Source of the DNA: Eledone cirrhosa
Taxonomy: Eukaryota
DNA: 64,000 bases
Assembly (NCBI GenBank): GCA_964016885.1
Contig: OZ024744.1
Span: 108,934,001-108,998,000, forward strand
Direction of reading: 5' to 3'
Made by a program: the position numbers and the translations under genes. This document shows, in pieces, positions 55,801 to 64,000 of this stretch. Below the pieces are notes generated by a model. The model had not been told where the DNA came from and did no database searches. It was given only the letters and a program-made list of their open reading frames with translations. Each line of letters opens with the position of its first letter. The first letter of the stretch is position 1.

Positions 55801-58800
55801 TAATTGTCACTTGATAGGATAACATTGTATTCCTGGATATTGTGTAACTGTCACTTGATAGGATAACATAGTATTCCTGGATATTGTGTAACTGTCTCTT
55901 GATAGGATAACATAGTATTCCTGGATATTGTGTAACTGTCACTTGATAGGATAACATTGTATTCCTGGATATTGTGTAACTGTCACTTGATAGGATAACA
56001 TAGTATTCCTGGATATTGTGTAACTGTCTCTTGATAGGATAACATAGTATTCCTGGATATTCTGTAACTGTCACTTGATAGGATAACATAGTATTCCTGG
56101 ATATTCTGTAACTGTCACTTGATAGGATAACATAGTATTCCTGGATATTGTGTAACTGTCACTTGATAGGATAACATTGTATTCCTGGATATTCTGTAAC
56201 TGTCACTTGATAGGATAACATTGTATTCCTGGATATTGTGTAACTGTCACTTGATGGGATAACATTGTATTCCTGGATATTGTGTAACTGTCACTTGATA
56301 GGATAACATTGTATTCCTGGATATTGTGTAACTGTCACTTGATGGGATAACATTGTATTCCTGGATATTGTGTAACTGTCACTTGATAGGATAACATTGT
56401 ATTCCTGGATATTGTGTAACGTTGACTTGATAGGATAACATAGTATTCCTGGATATTGTGTAACTGTCACTTGATGGGATAACATTGTATTCCTGGATAT
56501 TGTGTAACTGTCTCTTGATAGGATAACATTGTATTCCTGGATATTGTGTAACTGTCACTTGATGGGATAACATAGTATTCCTGGATATTGTGTAACTGTC
56601 ACTTGATAGGATTACATTGTATTCCTGGATATTGTGTAACTGTCACTTGATAGGATAACATAGTATTCCTGGATATTGTGTAACTGTCACTTGATAGGAT
56701 AACATAGTATTCCTGGATATTCTGTAACTGTCACTTGATAGGATAACATTGTATTCCTGGATATTGTGTAACTGTCACTTGATGGGATAACATAGTATTC
56801 CTGGATATTGTGTAACTGTCTCTTGATAGGATAACATTGTATTCCTGGATATTGTGTAACTGTCACTTGATAGGATAACATTGTATTCCTGGATATTGTG
56901 TAACTGTCACTTGATAGGATAACATAGTATTCCTGGATATTGTGTAACTGTCTCTTGATAGGATAACATTGTATTCCTGGATATTGTGTAACTGTCTCTT
57001 GATAGGATAACATAGTATTCCTGGATATTGTGTAACTGTCACTTGATAGGATAACATAGTATTCCTGGATATTGTGTAACTGTCTCTTGATAGGATAACA
57101 TAGTATTCCTGGATATTGTGTAACTGTCACTTGATAGGATAACATAGTATTCCTGGATATTGTGTAACTGTCTCTTGATAGGATAACATTGTATTCCTGG
57201 ATATTGTGTAACTGTCACTTGATAGGATAACATAGTATTCCTGGATATTGTGTAACTGTCTCTTGATAGGATAACATAGTATTCCTGGATATTGTGTAAC
57301 TGTCACTTGATAGGATAACATTGTATTCCTGGATATTGTGTAACTGTCACTTGATAGGATAACATTGTATTCCTGGATATTCTGTAACTGTCACTTGATA
57401 GGATAACATTGTATTCCTGGATATTGTGTCACTGTCTCTTGATAGGATAACATTGTATTCCTGGATATTGTGTAACTGTCACTTGATAGGATAACATTGT
57501 ATTCCTGGATATTCTGTAACTGTCACTTGATAGGATAACATTGTATTCCTGGATATTCTGTAACTGTCACTTGATAGGATAACATTGTATTCCTGGATAT
57601 TGTGTAACTGTCACTTGATAGGATAACATTGTATTCCTGGATATTGTGTAACTGTCACTTGATAGGATAACATAGTATTCCTGGATATTGTGTAACTGTC
57701 TCTTGATAGGATAACATAGTATTCCTGGATATTCTGTAACTGTCACTTGATAGGATAACATAGTATTCCTGGATATTCTGTAACTGTCACTTGATAGGAT
57801 AACATAGTATTCCTGGATATTGTGTAACTGTCACTTGATAGGATAACATTGTATTCCTGGATATTCTGTAACTGTCACTTGATAGGATAACATTGTATTC
57901 CTGGATATTGTGTAACTGTCACTTGATAGGATAACATAGTATTCCTGGATATTCTGTAACTGTCACTTGATAGGATAACATAGTATTCCTGGATATTCTG
58001 TAACTGTCACTTGATAGGATAACATAGTATTCCTGGATATTCTGTAACTGTCTCTTGATAGGATAACATTGTATTCCTGGATATTGTGTAACTGTCTCTT
58101 GATAGGATAACATAGTATTCCTGGATATTCTGTAACTGTCACTTGATAGGATAACATAGTATTCCTGGATATTCTGTAACTGTCACTTGATAGGATAACA
58201 TTGTATTCCTGGATATTGTGTAACTGTCTCTTGATAGGATAACATAGTATTCCTGGATATTCTGTAACTGTCACTTGATAGGATAACATTGTATTCCTGG
58301 ATATTGTGTAACTGTCTCTTGATAGGATAACATTGTATTCCTGGATATTCTGTAACTGTCACTTGATAGGATAACATTGTATTCCTGGATATTGTGTAAC
58401 TGTCTCTTGATAGGATAACATAGTATTCCTGGATATTCTGTAACTGTCACTTGATAGGATAACATAGTATTCCTGGATATTCTGTAACTGTCACTTGATA
58501 GGATAACATTGTATTCCTGGATATTGTGTAACTGTCACTTGATAGGATAACATAGTATTCCTGGATATTGTGTAACTGTCTCTTGATAGGATAACATAGT
58601 ATTCCTGGATATTCTGTAACTGTCACTTGATAGGATAACATTGTATTCCTGGATATTCTGTAACTGTCACTTGATAGGATAACATTGTATTCCTGGATAT
58701 TGTGTAACTGTCACTTGATAGGATAACATAGTATTCCTGGATATTGTGTAACTGTCTCTTGATAGGATAACATAGTATTCCTGGATATTGTGTAACTGTC

Positions 58801-61800
58801 ACTTGATAGGATAACATTGTATTCCTGGATATTGTGTAACTGTCACTTGATAGGATAACATTGTATTCCTGGATATTGTGTAACTGTCACTTGATAGGAT
58901 AACATTGTATTCCTGGATATTGTGTAACTGTCACTTGATAGGATAACATTGTATTCCTGGATATTGTGTAACTGTCACTTGATGGGATAACATAGTATTC
59001 CTGGATATTGTGTAACTGTCACTTGATAGGATAACATTGTATTCCTGGATATTGTGTAACTGTCACTTGATAGGATAACATTGTATTCCTGGATATTGTG
59101 TCACTGTCACTTGATAGGATAACATTGTATTCCTGGATATTGTGTAACAGTCACTTGATAGGATAACATTGTATTCCTGGATATTGTGTAACTGTCTCTT
59201 GATAGGATAACATTGTATTCCTGGATATTGTGTAACTGTCTCTTGATAGGATAACATTGTATTCCTGGATATTGTGTAACTGTCTCTTGATAGGATAACA
59301 TTGTATTCCTGGATATTGTGTAACTGTCTCTTGATAGGATAACATTGTATTCCTGGATATTGTGTAACTGTCTCTTGATAGGATAACATTGTATTCCTGG
59401 ATATTGTGTAACTGTCACTTGATAGGATAACATTGTATTCCTGGATATTGTGTAACTGTCACTTGATAGGATAACATTGTATTCCTGGATATTGTGTAAC
59501 TGTCACTTGATAGGATAACATTGTATTCCTGGATATTGTGTAACTGTCACTTGATAGGATAACATTGTATTCCTGGATATTGTGTAACTGTCACTTGATA
59601 GGATAACATTGTATTCCTGGATATTGTGTAACTGTCTCTTGATAGGGTAACATTGTATTCCTGGATATTGTGTAACTGTCTCTTGATAGGATAACATTGT
59701 ATTCCTGGATATTGTGTCACTGTCACTTGATAGGATAACATTGTATTCCTGGATATTGTGTCACTGTCACTTGATAGGGTAACATTGTATTCCTGGATAT
59801 TGTGTAACTGTCTCTTGATAGGGTAACATTGTATTCCTGGATATTGTGTAACTGTCACTTGATAGGGGAACATTGTATTCCTGGATATTGTGTAACTGTC
59901 ACTTGATAGGATAACATAGTATTCCTGGATATTGTGTAACTGTCTCTTGATAGGATAACATTGTATTCCTGGATATTGTGTAACTGTCACTTGATAGGGT
60001 AACATTGTATTCCTGGATATTGTGTAACTGTCACTTGATAGGATAACATAGTATTCCTGGATATTGTGTAACTGTCTCTTGATAGGATAACATTGTATTC
60101 CTGGATATTGTGTAACTGTCTCTTGATAGGATAACATTGTATTCCTGGATATTGTGTAACTGTCACTTGATAGGATAACATTGTATTCCTGGATATTGTG
60201 TAACTGTCTCTTGATAGGATAACATTGTATTCCTGGATATTGTGTAACTGTCACTTGATAGGATAACATAGTATTCCTGGATATTGTGTAACTGTCTCTT
60301 GATAGGATAACATTGTATTCCTGGATATTGTGTAACTGTCACTTGATAGGATAACATTGTATTCCTGGATATTGTGTAACTGTCTCTTGATAGGATAACA
60401 TTGTATTCCTGGATATTGTGTAACTGTCACTTGATAGGATAACATTGTATTCCTGGATATTGTGTAACTGTCTCTTGATAGGGTAACATTGTATTCCTGG
60501 ATATTGTGTAACTGTCACTTGATAGGGTAACATTGTATTCCTGGATATTGTGTAACTGTCTCTTGATAGGATAACATAGTATTCCTGGATATTGTGTAAC
60601 TGTCTCTTGATAGGATAACATTGTATTCCTGGATATTGTGTAACTGTCACTTGATAGGATAACATAGTATTCCTGGATATTGTGTAACTGTCACTTGATA
60701 GGATAACATTGTATTCCTGGATATTGTGTAACTGTCTCTTGATAGGATACCATAGTATTCCTGGATATTCTGTAACTGTCACTTGATAGGATAACATAGT
60801 ATTCCTGGATATTCTGTAACTGTCACTTGATAGGATAACATTGTATTCCTGGATATTGTGTAACTGTCACTTGATAGGATAACATAGTATTCCTGGATAT
60901 TGTGTAACTGTCTCTTGATAGGATAACATAGTATTCCTGGATATTCTGTAACTGTCACTTGATAGGATAACATTGTATTCCTGGATATTGTGTAACTGTC
61001 ACTTGATAGGATAACATAGTATTCCTGGATATTGTGTAACTGTCTCTTGATAGGATAACATAGTATTCCTGGATATTGTGTAACTGTCACTTGATAGGAT
61101 AACATTGTATTCCTGGATATTGTGTAACTGTCACTTGATAGGATAACATTGTATTCCTGGATATTGTGTAACTGTCACTTGATAGGATAACATTGTATTC
61201 CTGGATATTGTGTAACTGTCACTTGATAGGATAACATTGTATTCCTGGATATTGTGTAACTGTCACTTGATGGGATAACATAGTATTCCTGGATATTGTG
61301 TAACTGTCACTTGATAGGATAACATTGTATTCCTGGATATTGTGTAACTGTCACTTGATAGGATAACATTGTATTCCTGGATATTGTGTCACTGTCACTT
61401 GATAGGATAACATTGTATTCCTGGATATTGTGTAACAGTCACTTGATAGGATAACATTGTATTCCTGGATATTGTGTAACTGTCTCTTGATAGGATAACA
61501 TTGTATTCCTGGATATTGTGTAACTGTCTCTTGATAGGATAACATTGTATTCCTGGATATTGTGTAACTGTCTCTTGATAGGATAACATTGTATTCCTGG
61601 ATATTGTGTAACTGTCTCTTGATAGGATAACATTGTATTCCTGGATATTGTGTAACTGTCTCTTGATAGGATAACATTGTATTCCTGGATATTGTGTAAC
61701 TGTCACTTGATAGGATAACATTGTATTCCTGGATATTGTGTAACTGTCACTTGATAGGATAACATTGTATTCCTGGATATTGTGTAACTGTCACTTGATA

Positions 61801-63098
61801 GGATAACATTGTATTCCTGGATATTGTGTAACTGTCACTTGATAGGATAACATTGTATTCCTGGATATTGTGTAACTGTCACTTGATAGGATAACATTGT
61901 ATTCCTGGATATTGTGTAACTGTCTCTTGATAGGGTAACATTGTATTCCTGGATATTGTGTAACTGTCTCTTGATAGGATAACATTGTATTCCTGGATAT
62001 TGTGTCACTGTCACTTGATAGGATAACATTGTATTCCTGGATATTGTGTCAGTCACTTGATAGGGTAACATTGTATTCCTGGATATTGTGTAACTGTCTC
62101 TTGATAGGGTAACATTGTATTCCTGGATATTGTGTAACTGTCACTTGATAGGGTAACATTGTATTCCTGGATATTGTGTAACTGTCACTTGATAGGATAA
62201 CATAGTATTCCTGGATATTGTGTAACTGTCTCTTGATAGGATAACATTGTATTCCTGGATATTGTGTAACTGTCACTTGATAGGGTAACATTGTATTCCT
62301 GGATATTGTGTAACTGTCACTTGATAGGATAACATAGTATTCCTGGATATTGTGTAACTGTCTCTTGATAGGATAACATTGTATTCCTGGATATTGTGTA
62401 ACTGTCTCTTGATAGGATAACATTGTATTCCTGGATATTGTGTAACTGTCACTTGATAGGATAACATTGTATTCCTGGATATTGTGTAACTGTCTCTTGA
62501 TAGGATAACATTGTATTCCTGGATATTGTGTAACTGTCACTTGATAGGATAACATAGTATTCCTGGATATTGTGTAACTGTCTCTTGATAGGATAACATT
62601 GTATTCCTGGATATTGTGTAACTGTCACTTGATAGGATAACATTGTATTCCTGGATATTGTGTAACTGTCTCTTGATAGGATAACATTGTATTCCTGGAT
62701 ATTGTGTAACTGTCACTTGATAGGATAACATTGTATTCCTGGATATTGTGTAACTGTCTCTTGATAGGGTAACATTGTATTCCTGGATATTGTGTAACTG
62801 TCACTTGATAGGGTAACATTGTATTCCTGGATATTGTGTAACTGTCTCTTGATAGGATAACATAGTATTCCTGGATATTGTGTAACTGTCTCTTGATAGG
62901 ATAACATTGTATTCCTGGATATTGTGTAACTGTCACTTGATAGGATAACATAGTATTCCTGGATATTGTGTAACTGTCACTTGATAGGATAACATTGTAT
63001 TCCTGGATATTGTGTAACTGTCACTTGATAGGATAACATAGTATTCCTGGATATTGTGTAACTGTCACTTGATAGGATAACATAGTATTCCTGGATAT
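52802..63098. repeat. 44-bp satellite array, ~10.3 kb (~234 units)
   Basis: Unit tgtaactgtc(a/t)cttgataggataacat(a/t)gtattcctggatatt(g/c). Confidence 0.97.
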
Positions 63099-63258
63099 GC
63101 AGTATTTCCATATTATATATACACACATATATACACACATATATATAATTATCTTACTGTACTATATCTATACAAGTCTGTATCCAATAATGTTTGTAAC
63201 CAGTGTAATGTTGTTTTGCAACAATTACCATTAAAATATATATATATATATATGACAT

Positions 63259-63594
63259 GGAGGCACATGGCTTAGTGGTTAGAGCATTGGCCTTGCAATC
63301 GAAAGGTTGTGAGTTCAATTCTCAGACCGGGTGATGTGTTGTTTCCTTGAGCAAGACACTTTATTTCACGTTGCTCCAGTTTACTCAGCTGTAGAAATGA
63401 GATGATAGGGATTGGGGTCATTCCACTGCAATGTGGTTGTGGAGGTGTCATGGCAAAAAAAGCACCCAGCACTCACTGTAAATGAGGTTGGTCTTAGGAA
63501 GGGCATCCAGCTGTAGAAATCAAGCCGGAATCAGTTCCCGTCCCACCCTTGCAAGCAGGGAAATAGCGGGCGTAAAATGAAATGATGATGATGA
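63259..63594 (+). mobile_element. Family A CORE-SINE, full length
   Basis: Same consensus as other copies. Confidence 0.85.
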
Positions 63595-64000
63595 CCATTA
63601 TCAGTTATACATATTTTGTGTTACTGGTAGTGATGGTGGTGGCTGGCTGTTGTTGTTGATGGTTGTGGTGGTGGTAATGGAGATGATGATAATGATGTTG
63701 GTGATGGTGAAGATGGCAATGACAAGAACATTGACATTCTCCAATATTTGAAGTAGTTGCCACCATGAAGTATTTTTCCAAGGATCCAACCATGAGCTAG
63801 TCCTGTTATTTTCTTGATGAGATAACCCTATAACACCTACCCTTAATACCTCTTGCAGCTTCCTAAAATATAAAATATTTCACTCTTATCGGAAGAAAGT
63901 AATAAAATTGAGAGCTTCAATGTTCTCTAAAGATTCTTTACATTTAAATAACATTATCGCATGTTAGAAATTTGGTCTGGTAGTTGTAGAATTATTGACA

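Noticed and set aside
52785-62951. Dozens of MLSYQVTVTQYPG ORFs, and CRISPR-like regularity of the array
   Set aside because: Read-through of a 44-bp satellite. There are no unique spacers and no cas genes, and the context is eukaryotic.

Overview
Repeat-dense, AT-rich animal genomic DNA. The mix of CORE-type tRNA SINEs, RTE/Tx1/CRE LINE relics and large (TA)n tracts suggests an octopod cephalopod (inference). The only host gene I can support is one coding exon of an estrogen-related receptor (ERR/NR3B) at 25747-26141 on the + strand. It encodes the N-terminal domain and the first zinc finger, and the following intron appears to run past the end of the window (over 37 kb). The rest consists of three SINE families, LINE fragments, two Helitron-like elements, a mariner relic, several minisatellites and a 10.3-kb array of a 44-bp satellite. 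The main result of the hunt is about a dozen type I hammerhead ribozyme motifs from several sequence families, folded by eye. They sit in short Penelope-like retroelement remnants, often as fold-back inverted repeats inserted into (TA)n, and some have unusually long stem II insertions. Nearly all long ORFs in the supplied track are microsatellite or satellite artefacts.
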